A stretch of DNA of 64,000 nucleotides, taken from the NCBI GenBank assembly GCA_002633005.1, contig NMRA01000081.1, positions 127,625 through 191,624 of the forward strand, read 5' to 3'. The position numbers and the translations under genes were made by a program. Below, in pieces: positions 1 through 12,445 of this stretch. The notes beneath the pieces are model-generated. The model was not told the origin of the DNA. It was given only the letters and a program-made list of their open reading frames with translations, and ran no database searches. The DNA is from Phoronis australis (Eukaryota > Animalia > Phoronida). Position 1 is the first letter of the stretch. Each line of letters begins with the position of its first letter.

Positions 1-158
1 ATGGTCATGTTCTGCTCGGCAAATCCAGCCTTAAGCAACATGGGTGGAATGTATGTGAAGCCCGCGCTGGCACACAGCTCCGCCCCGCACACAACAGCGT
101 TGAGCAGTATGATTTGTATTAGGGTCATGTGACGCTTTGTCTCTGGCCTGTCGTCCAT
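1..158 (-). CDS. SLC45A3: SLC45 family (prostein/SLC45A3-like) MFS sugar transporter, first coding exon (partial; continues off the window)
   Basis: The - strand from ATG 158 reads MDDRPETKRHMTLIQIILLNAVVCGAELCASAGFTYIPPMLLKAGFAEQNMT, matching the SLC45A3 TM1 signature (LLLVNLLTFGLEVCLAAGITYVPPLLLEVGVEEKFMT). An upstream acceptor (ttgtatttcag) sets the exon 5' end at 478, so 159-478 is 5' UTR. This frame is not in the ORF track because it is under 60 aa within the window. Confidence 0.85.
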   Translation of the reverse strand, partial: MDDRPETKRHMTLIQIILLNAVVCGAELCASAGFTYIPPMLLKAGFAEQNMT

Positions 159-1756
159 CTTGTCCTCGATGATGTGAGATGGCGTTGACACTTAATGAAA
201 TCGAACACGAGAAACTAGACAGTGGTGAGTAAGTACTAAATCTGCTTCCATCCAAAATGTGAGGCGTAAGTTCCCACAACAAATCCCTGGATACATCACT
301 GGTGTCTTTCCCAGAGGACACAGTTGGATTCCACGTAACTCCGGTTTTGTTTAATCAAATATTTATCCGAAAGAATGTTTATTCTACTAGTCCTATGCTG
401 TCCACCTGGTACAGCTGAGAGAACTGTGTTATTTTTACTGTCCTTCATGCTGCTGTTGGATCAAACATCATCAAATATCTGAAATACAAAAATCAATTTA
501 GATTAATAGTATGAAAACAAATACAATACACTTGTAAATACCCGAAAAACTTTGTGTATTACTAATAATGGTCTCGACATCAAAACATTTTTAAAAGTCA
601 ACCAAAAAGCGGGTGTAACTATTTTTTCCACATGGGTCTGAGAACAAAAGTTTTAAAAAAGTAGACGAGTTTTACCAAATTTCGTCTGACATTGTTGAGC
701 TTATGATACAAACCCTGAAAGAAAACAGACAAGAGGTAACACCAAATTATTCGTAAATTAACCGAAAATTTTTGCTTCAAAATTTCAGCAATTTTCAACA
801 AGATTATTAATTATAGTAAATTTTTAAAAAAATGCTGCACCTGTATGTTTATACTGGGTTCACATGAATGCCGAAAATGCTAGAAGTTTTACCCGCTGAA
901 ATGCTATTAGTATGGAGAATGCTAATGTTTCAGCTAGACTGACAAGCTTTCTGCAAAGGGGTCACTTTCCCAAGCACTAGTTTTGTTTCCCCACCACCTG
1001 AATCCCTTTTAAGCAAAAATGGTTTCAAAACATGCTCACTCTCAGCCAATGTAGCAATAAAACAAAGGCCTCCTATCCCTGAGAATGTGTTTCCATTGAA
1101 GGAAGTGGTTTGGTAACAAAACAGCCAGCAAAAATGCCAGGGGCAACTCAAACCTCCAGCAAAGCACCAGAAGTTGCCACTTGTCACCTTTCACACGACT
1201 GGCATTTTTGCTACAAGCGAACATGTTAGTGAAAACACGTTTTAGTCTAACTGTGAACGAGGTATTAGAAAAAAAACTATGATGGTTTAATTTGTCCACA
1301 GAGCAGTGAAATTTACGGATCAGTTGAAAGACGTTTAAGCAATGTTCAGTCATCAAAATGCACCAGTGATGAACACTAGGCAAAAACAGGTCTTAGACTA
1401 TGGTGCAAGACAACTCTCAGGGCATTCTTTGTAGACCACACAATGTTCCTCTCGGTTAAAATGAATGCAGACGTAGAAAAAGATTGAAACGTACATAACA
1501 ACACCAGAACAGCTCCTGAAGCAGCAGCACTAAGGTATCAGGAAATGCCTCACACTTGTGTCAACTCACAGCCACTTCTTGTAAACACTATGCCAGACTA
1601 AACAGTTGAGTATATAGCTTTTTACCATGGACCACTGCATGTAACTGGTAAACTAATAAGCCACTATCTAATATCCATGCCCCCAAAAAACCAGCAGAGA
1701 AAGCACGAAGCAGGTGATCAAGAATCAGAGCTTCGCAACATTTCCAACTGGATTAG

Positions 1757-1870
1757 GCAGTGTGGCCTGGTGGTTTGAGTGTCGGCTGCCTCAAGGTCAT
1801 GGGCTCAAATTCCACTAGACTCTACTGCTAGACTCCTGGGTCAGGTCTTAAGCTCCTCAGCTAGATTTTA
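1757..1870 (+). mobile_element. tRNA-derived SINE, copy 1 of 3
   Basis: A-box-like gtgtggcctggtgg and degenerate B-box gggctcaaattcc; body ends ...agctcctcagct. The same family occurs at 15060-15187 (-) and 43085-43210 (+). Confidence 0.7.
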
Positions 1871-1914
1871 ATTTGTGCATAAGTGTTATATGTACATGTT
1901 AATAAATACTGTAT

Positions 1915-2345
1915 ATAGGTAAATAAAACAACAAGAATGGATCAACAGAAATTTTCGGATATAATAACATCCTTCGTCAAGAGAAACAGAATTAAAGTAA
2001 AATCAAACACTATATGACAATTGACATTTAAGATGTGGCGTAATGAATATGATAGATTGTTGCGGAAAAAATTCAAGGATATAATTCAAGAAGTTTTTAT
2101 GTTTAATCCATTAGGTTCAAGTATATTGAGCTATCTATCCAAAATTGTTCTCTTTTGAATCTGAGAGGGGTACTGGGGAATTGGGAGTTTTTCTATTATT
2201 TGTACAGAAACATCTTGAAGATTATGGTTTTTGGAATTGAAATAACCACCTATAGTATCAGAAATGTTTTTATGTATTGTGTTAAATCTATGATTACGAA
2301 ACCAAGTTTGTAGATTATGTTGAATTTGTCCTACGTATTGGTTAA
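1915..2345 (-). mobile_element. Penelope-like retroelement 3' remnant (GIY-YIG endonuclease C-terminus plus pseudo-LTR)
   Basis: The - strand reads QYVGQIQHNLQTWFRNHRFN...FNSKNHNLQDVSVQIIEK...R*LNILEPNGLN, typical of the Penelope GIY-YIG C-terminus. It is followed by a pLTR-like segment that recurs inverted at 11582-11752. Confidence 0.8.
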
Positions 2346-5300
2346 TAAATGAATAATGGTTACAGGTGTTTTGTTCAATGAGTCCAGCTGAGTGGCCTAC
2401 GCACATTTGATGTAATTACTATCAAACCACCTGATTTTTTATCTACTTCTACCATAAAGATGAACAGAGGCATTACATTTATCAACCAAGCCGCTGTGGC
2501 AACCAGCACAATTGAACAGAAACCCTATATATATGTAACGATAATTCATGACACACCAAACACCCGACCAGTGGATCAGGGAGCAAATTATATCAAATTC
2601 CTCCCAGTTAACACTTCCAGTAGTCTAGCTTCACACCATGAGCACTTATGAGCAACATAAATTGTATTTCTCCAGGGCATTTGATTTCAGAAACTTAAAA
2701 AATCAGAGTGTTGTAAGTTACATTTGTTTACTATCACATAACTATGTGGAACATGCCCTTATACGTTCATATCCGCAAAGCTTTTCAGTGGTGTTGGAAG
2801 TGATCTTTAGATGCATTGTGGTACGGTTATCAGCTTGTGAACGTCCAGTTACATCACAGATCATTTGGCGACATGCAAACAATGAAGAAAAACAACACTT
2901 ATCACTTGCATGCCAGTGTACCAAAATTGACAGTTAAAAAGTCCACTGCAGCATGTTTTTTGGTGCCTAAGTAGGACTAAGCAACCGTCATACACAAATA
3001 AGACAGAAAATGAGCCTCAAAGTGCACTGAATTGATACAGATTCGCAAATTGTTTGCACAAAAGATTCTCGAAGGCAAACGCCATCCAATCGTGTTGAAG
3101 TAAATCCCACAGAAAATGCAGATTATCAACACATCCGCAAATTATGTGATATCATTGGATGTCTACATACTGAAAACTGCCCCAAAATGCATTTGAAAAG
3201 TAACAACAGCACCATAGATGAAATACCCAAAATTCACGAACACACTTCCCAAATCCAGACTCATCATATCCTCCATCATTGGCTGACGTTACTCATTTGT
3301 TACCTTCAATCCCATTGGTCATATGCAGTCCTTTGTCCATTATGCTCTTCCTGATAGAAAAAATCTCTCCAATTTACATGTTGTCGTCCCCACCCATCTC
3401 CTAAACCCTCTTTTCAAATCTACCAGCTCGAGTGTTGCGCTTTACTTAACATCTCGTCAAGACCATCCCTGCTATCATCATTTTACGCTGATCAACATTT
3501 CTTCTTAATTCATTACCACTATCTTTCATTGATTTTATGTCATCTATTTTTCAACCGCATCCATCTGTTATACATTTCTCTACCTACAGTGTCACATTTG
3601 TCGCACCCAGCATCTCAGTATGGTTTGTAAATTTGACATCTTAACTCCATTTCAAATATCGTTATTACAACATTTCCAACCATGCCTCTTGCCTCCTTTT
3701 ATTGCAAACTAGCTTCAGGTCACTTGATGCACAAACAGGGATGGGGAACATAAATCGTATTCCTCCAAGCCGACATCAGAGCCATTTAATTTCAGAAACT
3801 CAAAAACCAGAGGGTCATCAAACTGAGCAGGGATGTTTGAAAACCAAAATGTTGAAGGTGGACGCAGCTGGAATAAATCGAGTAAGTGGAGATGAATCTT
3901 CGCGTTGGCACTACGCAATCAGTGGTACATTCCATCCATTGTGTCATTTTGATGTAAGCCAATAGTATTCCGACAAAATGACACGGAATTCTCCGTCCTG
4001 ACGGCTAGGTGGGCAGACGTCGTATTCAGTTTAGTGTTCCCAGCTACTAGACGTTTACACTTGTGGTTCGTTACCAAATTGGATTGTACAAAGTATGTCA
4101 TTTAAATGAAAAGAAATATGTACACATTTGATAGCTGTCATTATTGTATTTTTGTAAATTGTATACATACTTTCATATATTACTCTTTGTTTCGTACAGT
4201 ATATTTGTATCAAATTAAATAAAAAGATCTCTCTCTCGCATGAGTTAGAATGAATTTTAATTCCCGTATTAAAATAAGGAAGTTGGTGCGATGGCTGAGC
4301 CATTCTGCAATTAAAATTTTGCCACTATAATAGTTATTACCAGCCGTTTTTGCTGTTAGCACAATCACTTGCCATGACGAGGGGGAACGTTATTTTGTCT
4401 ACAGCGTTACTCATCTAGTACTGTATGTAAACCATCAGCAGTGCGTATGTTCATCTGTTTTAATGGATGGCTAAATGAACTACATATCTATCTTGTTGTG
4501 CAAAACTATAAATCACAACATCTGGAACTTACTGCAAAATTACTTTTCCCCAACGTTAAGCCTAATTCTTTCTGCCATCACTCCCCAATAGAGGGCGCCA
4601 AGCGGCTCCGTAATGTTGTGGAAAACTACATTACAGACTCAAGTTCCAGAAGTTGTCATTAATAATTTTTGCATCTAGTAATTCACTTGGATAAATGATA
4701 ATATTCATTATCATATCTATCGTTTAGTTTCCACTAAAAGTTCAAAGTTATACTCTAAAAGCACATATGAAGAGTTTCATCCAAAAGCAAGACATCTTAG
4801 AACCACTTACCCCAATATTGACAATTGACAAACCCACCGTACATTTCAATCTTATTTCAACAAAACTTGATATACTCCACTCACATTCATATTTCGAATT
4901 TGGCAGATAGCTGTTTTGCACTGACAAACTTCATTCACCTAATAAAATCCAACGTGGCACACACGACCTCCCCAGGACACCTAATGCATGAAATCACGGA
5001 GTGGCTCTAAACAAAATCTTAATAAAGGGAGCATGGGGGATGGTTCCCCTGAGGAATGAGTTTCAAAAATCAATAGCAAGAACCACACCAAGATGTTACC
5101 AGGATACACGTCTGCTATTTCCATTACCACAGCTATCCAGTCACTAAGTCTAGATAAAAACAGTCCTGATATTTAAATACTAGTGCAAGTACATAACTTG
5201 AGATTATTTGTCTAGAAAAGATCCTCACAATTAAAGGTCACTGACAACCGAATTGCAAGTTTAAATTAGACGTGTTTCAAGAAACTCATCTGCACTTTGG

Positions 5301-5674
5301 AAAGTTATCAACAGCCACCAGGCTTTGAGCTCCAAGGGTCAGGTGTTATATATTCAAAATATTCAATAAATTGTAAAAATTTGTGTCACAATATTCAATT
5401 AAAATGCATTTATCATTCATTTATCAAGTGTTTAACAAAGTTATAGTATGTGAACCTTACCCAAAACAAGTGAATTTTGTTTCAGACCACTTAAGCTTAC
5501 AAAACTGACTAAACCTAGTTCTTAGATAAGAAATGATTTCTAAGCTTGGAAAGGATGAACTGCTTGTTATTGCTTGAGATCAATACTAGGTTCATATAAT
5601 GACTACCTGAGGACAACTCAACTAATGAGCCTGCCTGGTCTCAAACAATAACAAACAGTCAAAGTTACAGACTA

Positions 5675-6281
5675 CCATATTCGCCCTAATAACCGCCCAG
5701 GGCACTTAGAAAAGTTCGGTTCGGGGGGGGGCGCTTATTATAACCCAAGGCGGTTGAAACCTGGTCTCCGAAACGGGTGGAATCGGAAGCTAAGATTCAT
5801 CAAATTTACGCTCTGTGACGTATATGTAATCTATGAAAGAATTTCAACAAAACTGGTGCATTGCTATCAAACTTTGCTGCTAAATTACGATCATGTTACA
5901 GAAAATTGTGCTGAAATCCCAGGGCGAAAACTCGCCGACTGACTGCCTCGAAATCGCCGTCTTCGATATGGCGACTTCAATACTTGAATAAAAATTTTTT
6001 CGACTCAAGCAAATTACCTGAAATCCTCATTAAGTTTTATAAGTAGCGTCTCCAAGATTTTTTAAGTTCCCGTGGATTCTGGATTAACGGCACGTTTTAA
6101 GTACAAATCTGTGCAACATCGTGCCATCTACATGTATGTTACTGTAGCCGAGTTTTAGGACTGTAGGTACGTCATTGTTCGCATGTGCACGTTCATGGAC
6201 TGGACGCTTATTTCAGCAAAGTCTGAAAACGCGTGGGGGGGGCACTGATAGGGGCATGGGCGGTTATTACGGCGAATACGG
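5675..6281. mobile_element. Tc1/mariner(pogo)-type MITE
   Basis: TIRs CCATATTCGCCCTAATAACCGCCC / GGGCGGTTATTACGGCGAATACGG, flanked by TA at 5673-5674 and 6282-6283. No ORF. Confidence 0.8.
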
Positions 6282-6951
6282 TAGTAGTACTAGCTAACAT
6301 AGCCTATATCAAAAGATTTGACAGAAAGCTGGTTCATATCATCTTTAAAGATTTCAAAATGGCAGGTCCGCAAAGCTGTTGAGGGGTGATTGAGATTCAC
6401 TGTTCGAATTCCACGAATTCCCTGCTGCCTTATGAATTATGCTCTAACACTTGCTTTATATCTTTACCACAGCTTATCTTTTTGTTTTTTTTTCAAAGAA
6501 TTCTAACATTGTTGTGAATGCCTACAATTTCTCAAAATACTGTCTAGTGGTAGCTATGGCTACAAACATTGAACATGTAAAAGCATTACTTAATTGCTAT
6601 CTATCCGACACGAGAAAAATCGAAAAATAAAATTTCAGTTGTCCGACATGTTGTGTCTGAACTTAGTGAGATTTTACCGTACATAGCGTTGCTGATAAAA
6701 AAACCCCTTATTTTCACGTTATTAAACTTGCAAATATTAAACTTGCACGGAAATTTCCACAGCAACCTGTCAGCCATCAAAAGAAACCAGGTGGCTCCAC
6801 AAAGTATTTTACAGTAAGCCAAGAACTTGCAATTCGTAATTTCCTGGCATATTGTAATTCCCTGGATGAATGGCAATGTCCATCACCTCACCATAGAAAC
6901 AATAAAACCTCTGGAAAGAGTTACATAAAACATCAAAACACTGCTGCTGCC

Positions 6952-7119
6952 TATAGACCTTATTCACGAAGTCTCCATTTTAACAATGGGACTCACTTTA
7001 GGTTTAAAAAACAATTGATTTGAGACATAAATATAATGAGGCACGCAAAAAATCACCTTGCTTTTAAAACCTGAAAAGAGACTCTTTGTAATACGGTGAC
7101 TGCGTGAAAAAGGTGTATA
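6952..7119. mobile_element. Short MITE
   Basis: Imperfect TIRs TATAGACCTTATTCACG / CGTGAAAAAGGTGTATA. Confidence 0.5.
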
Positions 7120-8479
7120 AGGACATTCAAATTTCAGTTGAAGTCTTTTACCTTTTTGTCAAGATTCAATAGCTGACATCTTGGCTTTTAGCAAAATTCC
7201 TCCAAACACCAAACGCTATTATAACATACCAACCATTTTGCTCTTTATATCAGGTCTTTTCATTACCTCATTTTCTAATATTAGGTTTCACCCATTATTG
7301 TTACAGTCTGACCACATCTCACTAGATAAACACAGACAAAGACACTACCCTCTGCTAACAACTCCAATGAGATACCTGAAGATGTTTTTCTCGGAAACAC
7401 TGAAAATCATAGGCATGGGAAGAAAAGGGTAGGGATGGTAACTGGTTGCATTCACATTTGTATCACCATCCACTAAAGAATATCTAAAAACAAATACGGG
7501 TGTTAACACAGTAAATTAGTAAAATTGAGAGTACGGTAATTATCAGCACACAACATGGCCGACAAGTGAAATTCTATTTTGTCAAATTTGTGAACAAAAA
7601 TAAATAAAGAAAACTTCAGTCTATTACTAGCATGGTGTACACCAAGTAGATATCATAAAACAACTTTTAGTCGCTTTCCATTATTTGCAGTACATAAATC
7701 AGCCTTTGGAAAATGGAAAAAGACAATTTTGGCAATTTGTATGAAAGAAATGGAGAATTACTGTACTCTGTCTTTCGGCACAATACAAACTACGACAGGG
7801 TCTCTTCTGCATTCAAAGTCCAGACCGATGCAATACCTGGGCCACCACAGGAATGGGAACATGAAACAATATAAAATGACGAAACATACAACGCGATCTA
7901 CAACATACATGAACCGAAAAACTCTGGAATCCATTTTAACAAAGACTGCACGCCAAGCTGAACAATAGACATTTACTCTAAGCTACCACTGTAAGTATAT
8001 CAAACTTGTTTATGGAGCTCAACATTGAACATGAATGCACTGTAGAAATAAATGTACAGTGCACAGATTTGTTTACAAGAGCAACGCAGAGCGCAGAGCG
8101 TTGAAAATGCGCCCACAATTGCACCGTATATAGGGTATCCTTCTAGGGTTGTTTATTGGTACCATAAAGTGGCCAGTAGAGAGCATATATGTAGTATGTT
8201 GTACTTTGCAAAATGGAAAGGCATGGTCATTGTCTCCTCAATAGGCTAGGTTTCAAAATGTGAGTGAACTTCATAATGCAAGCACATCCTATGCATCAGT
8301 TGCTTAAAGCACCACAGAAACATAGAATTAAAAACAAATTTACCAACATACGAGATTAGCACAGCATTAGAATGCCAGAAACAAATTTCTACTTGGAGCT
8401 TTTCCTTCATAGTCACGAAGTAACACAAAGTATACACCTGAAGACCTATGAAAATACAGAGGTCAATGTGAAATATTTA

Positions 8480-9652
8480 AATTGCCACTAGAGGCATACC
8501 GGTAGTCAGAATCATCCTAAAGTCGTCATCGTCCGTTGTCAACTTCACATAAATACACTTGTTAAATTTAGTAAAGATCCTGCAAACGGTTTGGGAGATA
8601 CAGNNNNNNNNNNNNNNNNNNNNNNNNNNNNNNNNNNNNNNNNNNNNNNNNNNNNNNNNNNNNNNNNNNNNNNNNNNNNNNNNNNNNNNNNNNNNNNNNN
8701 NNNNNNNNNNNNNNNNNNNNNNNNNNNNNNNNNNNNNNNNNNNNNNNNNNNNNNNNNNNNNNNNNNNNNNNNNNNNNNNNNNNNNNNNNNNNNNNNNNNN
8801 NNNNNNNNNNNNNNNNNNNNNNNNNNNNNNNNNNNNNNNNNNNNNNNNNNNNNNNNNNNNNNNNNNNNNNNNNNNNNNNNNNNNNNNNNNNNNNNNNNNN
8901 NNNNNNNNNNNNNNNNNNNNNNNNNNNNNNNNNNNNNNNNNNNNNNNNNNNNNNNNNNNNNNNNNNNNNNNNNNNNNNNNNNNNNNNNNNNNNNNNNNNN
9001 NNNNNNNNNNNNNNNNNNNNNNNNNNNNNNNNNNNNNNNNNNNNNNNNNNNNNNNNNNNNNNNNNNNNNNNNNNNNNNNNNNNNNNNNNNNNNNNNNNNN
9101 NNNNNNNNNNNNNNNNNNNNNNNNNNNNNNNNNNNNNNNNNNNNNNNNNNNNNNNNNNNNNNNNNNNNNNNNNNNNNNNNNNNNNNNNNNNNNNNNNNNN
9201 NNNNNNNNNNNNNNNNNNNNNNNNNNNNNNNNNNNNNNNNNNNNNNNNNNNNNNNNNNNNNNNNNNNNNNNNNNNNNNNNNNNNNNNNNNNNNNNNNNNN
9301 NNNNNNNNNNNNNNNNNNNNNNNNNNNNNNNNNNNNNNNNNNNNNNATAAGTGCCTACATACCAAATTTCATGAAAATTCGTTCAGGACTTTTGAAGATA
9401 CAAAGGTAAGCGTAAAAAACTAAAATTGCCACTAGGGGGCACACCGGTAGTCGGATCCGTCCGAAATTTCGCACATGCCGTCCCATTCATGAATGGAACA
9501 TATGTGCCAAATTTCATGAACATATGTCAAAGGGTTTTGGAGATAGAGCAGCGGACGCCGGACGCCAGACGCCGGACGGACGCCGCCCGTACGGACGGAC
9601 GGAGATGACGGCATAATGCGTTCACATATAAATATGTGTGCGCAAAATAAAA
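8480..9652 (+). mobile_element. Helentron-associated (HINE/DINE-1-like) non-autonomous element spanning the assembly gap
   Basis: Repeated ttgccactag...ccggtagtc and ccaaatttcatgaa modules, a (GGAC)n microsatellite, and a 3' hairpin tgcgttcacatat-aa-atatgtgtgcgca (9617-9644) followed by an A-rich tail. Same family as 51145-52850. Confidence 0.6.
8604..9346. other. Assembly gap (N run)
   Basis: Run of n characters. Confidence 1.
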
Positions 9653-11581
9653 ATGCAGTATCTCATTTGCAATACCATATGTGCTACAACTGAGAATTTT
9701 GGATAAAACCATGCCCATATGTCTTAGTCTCTAAACTGGAAACGAATACATTCATGTCACTGTCCGATGCATAGATCACAACTTTTAAATTACTTTTTAG
9801 GATTTCTTCAGCCGAAAATGTTGGATTTCCAACTAATTTATTTCATTACAAGACGTACCGTGACTGTATGTCAGACTTAGCACCCAAAGCTAAAACACTG
9901 CGTAGCTTTGAGTTCATATCCTTTTCTATAATCCAAAATTGACCAATTAGATTGTACTGGTCTAAACTGAGGGCAAAGACCACAGTTCAAAGAGTGGTTG
10001 ATTCTGAGGTTATCAGTGGTCGGAGCTGCAAGGGCTCAAGCCAAGGCCTTTGACCTTACCAAATCTTGGTTGGAGTTAACATGAAAATACAAGAAGGAAA
10101 AGCAAGACATGCTTTGAAAGACAAAACACGTCTTATCCTTTCAGACAATCAGCTAAATTCAGCATCCTATGGTGAAAGTTCTCCAGTTTGGGTAGTCTCT
10201 AAAATTTGGGATACAAAAATTGAAGCTACGTTGATTTTTTTTAATCTGAAGATTGGGCAATTGTGGCGTTTATCACATTTCACAATTATCGGATGCTACA
10301 ATGTGAATCAACAGAGATTGAAAATGCAGTTCAAAAATGTCAAAATAGCCGCAACGTTTACATGTGACCGATAGAGTGTAACATCAGTGTGAATGATCGT
10401 TTGTTGTTGTTTGTAATTCTTGAATTAGTGAAGACCAATGTTGTTTATTTCTAAAAATTAATGTGGTACAAGCTAGACACAGAGTAAAATTAATTTTTCA
10501 CTGTCCCACACTGGAGAATTTTTGACGTTATCATTAAGATATAAATTCAAGTTCAAGCATGAACTTGAGAACCCAAGATCACAAAAATGATATCAAATAA
10601 TTGAAAACTAAAATAACTTGAAACTGATCGTCAGGCGATTTAAGCTGCACTCTTGCATTTCAAAATCGCACAAAATTTGAAGGAAATGCTTTACAGGAAC
10701 TATTTCCACTGTAATCTTTTGTGTTCCCATTAAGTCGAGAATCCTAGAAAGTTCTGTAGTCCTATTGGCAAACCTTTACACTGGCTTTGTCCTAACATCT
10801 GAGGGACAGATAACATCCATTCCTTCATATCGGACTCTTCATATTGGCAATCTCTTTGAGTAATGAGAGCACAAAACTGACTTCCCCTTGATCCCAACTC
10901 AGATTTGATGGACAGAAATCTAATTACTACATAGTAGTTCATTAACCAGAGAGTAAAGGAATAAATCCCCAGTCAACTCCTGCCATTGCTTGATTAAGTT
11001 AAGTCCACTGAATTATTTTAGCTTTTTGACATCAGCTGGGATCGAAAGTCTCCCCGCTTCATCAGCCGCAGGCGCTGGCTTTTATGCGGATTCTTCTTCG
11101 CAATGAGAAATGTACGGGATATGATGTCATTCTTCATCCGTCGGTACAAAGGCAAATTTGAATACAGGAGTGTAACAACACCGATTTTACCACACACAGT
11201 ACATAGAAAAAAAAAAGAAATCAATCACGAAAGTTTGATCTTCGAGACATTTACATACATGCCAATGTGGCACTTTAGATCAGCCTTCAATGCAGAATTG
11301 TCCTGCCAGAACACATGGATTCCTCCTCATATATTCAATTACCATACATTAGCAAAAGGGTATAGTTATTAAATTACCTTTTGCTGCCAATCACCATTAC
11401 TGAGCTCAGGTTGAGTCCACTGAGTTCAAGAATCAATAATACAGTAAAAGAAGGGTGTAAGGCGATACCCCTATTTATGAGAGAAATTTCTAAAGTTTGG
11501 ACACAGAAAAACTATTAATTTTTCATAAAGTTATAAGATCATGTTCCTAATTTCAAACGTATGAGTTTCAGGACAAATATA

Positions 11582-11752
11582 TATATCATTGAATTTTTTC
11601 CGCAACAATGTATCGTATTCATTACACCATATCTTAAATGTCAATTGTCATATAGTGTTTGATTTTACTTTAATTCTGTTCCTGTTGACGAAGGATGTTA
11701 TTATATCCGAAAATTTCAGTTGACCCATTCTTGTTGTTTTATTTACCTATTT
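11582..11752 (+). mobile_element. Solo Penelope pseudo-LTR fragment (inverted copy of 1915-2082)
   Basis: Close reverse-complement match to 1915-2082, including ttgacgaaggatgttattatatccgaaa. Confidence 0.75.
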
Positions 11753-12065
11753 ATATAGGACAAATACGAAACATAAATTTAGCGTTACCTAAAACCATGA
11801 AAATGCTTTCACTGGAAACATCTACTAAGAGTTGTGTAACTTCTACTTCTTGATTCAATAACCAAAAAGAATCTCTACCAACCTAGGAAATTGTTAAGAT
11901 GTCTACCTTGGTCATCACACAACTAAATCTTCACAAATTTTCAAGTAAAGATGCAAGTATTGACCAGAATACGAATATCATAAATATTCATGGCCATACT
12001 TCACAATTAATGGCGTTTTTATTGTTGCTAGTAATCACTGGGACTACCTGAGTTACTAATCTAAA

Positions 12066-12445
12066 GTGCTGTCCATACAGACTTACCCTACAACAAGTAA
12101 CTCTTGGAAAGAGTTTTCGCTAGGTTTGGAGGCATTCTGGACGCCATTTAAACTAGTGCATCTTACCCACTTGAGACAACTTACTCCACCTTATCGAGGT
12201 AGGGTAACTTGTTCTAGGGCAACTTGTGCCACTTCTAATTCCTGTGTGGCCGCAAAACTTCGGCAAAGTGGAGTAATTATCAGATGTGGTTACATACAGA
12301 AGGATTTTCTTTTGCGGGCCGTATTCACATAGGTGTTCATTATCATGTGCTAGAGTGACAAGTTTCGCCTTACTCTAGTTATCATACATGTGTGTGTGTA
12401 GACGCTCCACTTAAAAGCGGGGTAAGCTGCACTAGTGCAAGTTGT
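12066..12445 (+). repeat. Interspersed repeat (probable non-autonomous DNA transposon); second copy at 53181-53587
   Basis: Collinear similarity between the copies (gacttacccta-aacaagt...gtaattatcag-tg-ggttaca-aca...gcactagt-caagttgt). The 53 kb copy has TIR-like ends gtccacacac / gtgtgtggac. Confidence 0.65.

Noticed and set aside
31-321. 96-aa - strand ORF from the ORF track
   Set aside because: It overlaps the real SLC45 coding frame (ATG 158) out of frame and has no recognisable motif.
1757-1870. tRNA-like sequences here and at 15060-15187 and 43085-43210
   Set aside because: No complete cloverleaf, and all share a non-tRNA 3' body, so they are SINE heads rather than tRNA genes.
8559-9409. 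Three 260+ aa ORFs
   Set aside because: Artefacts of the N gap.
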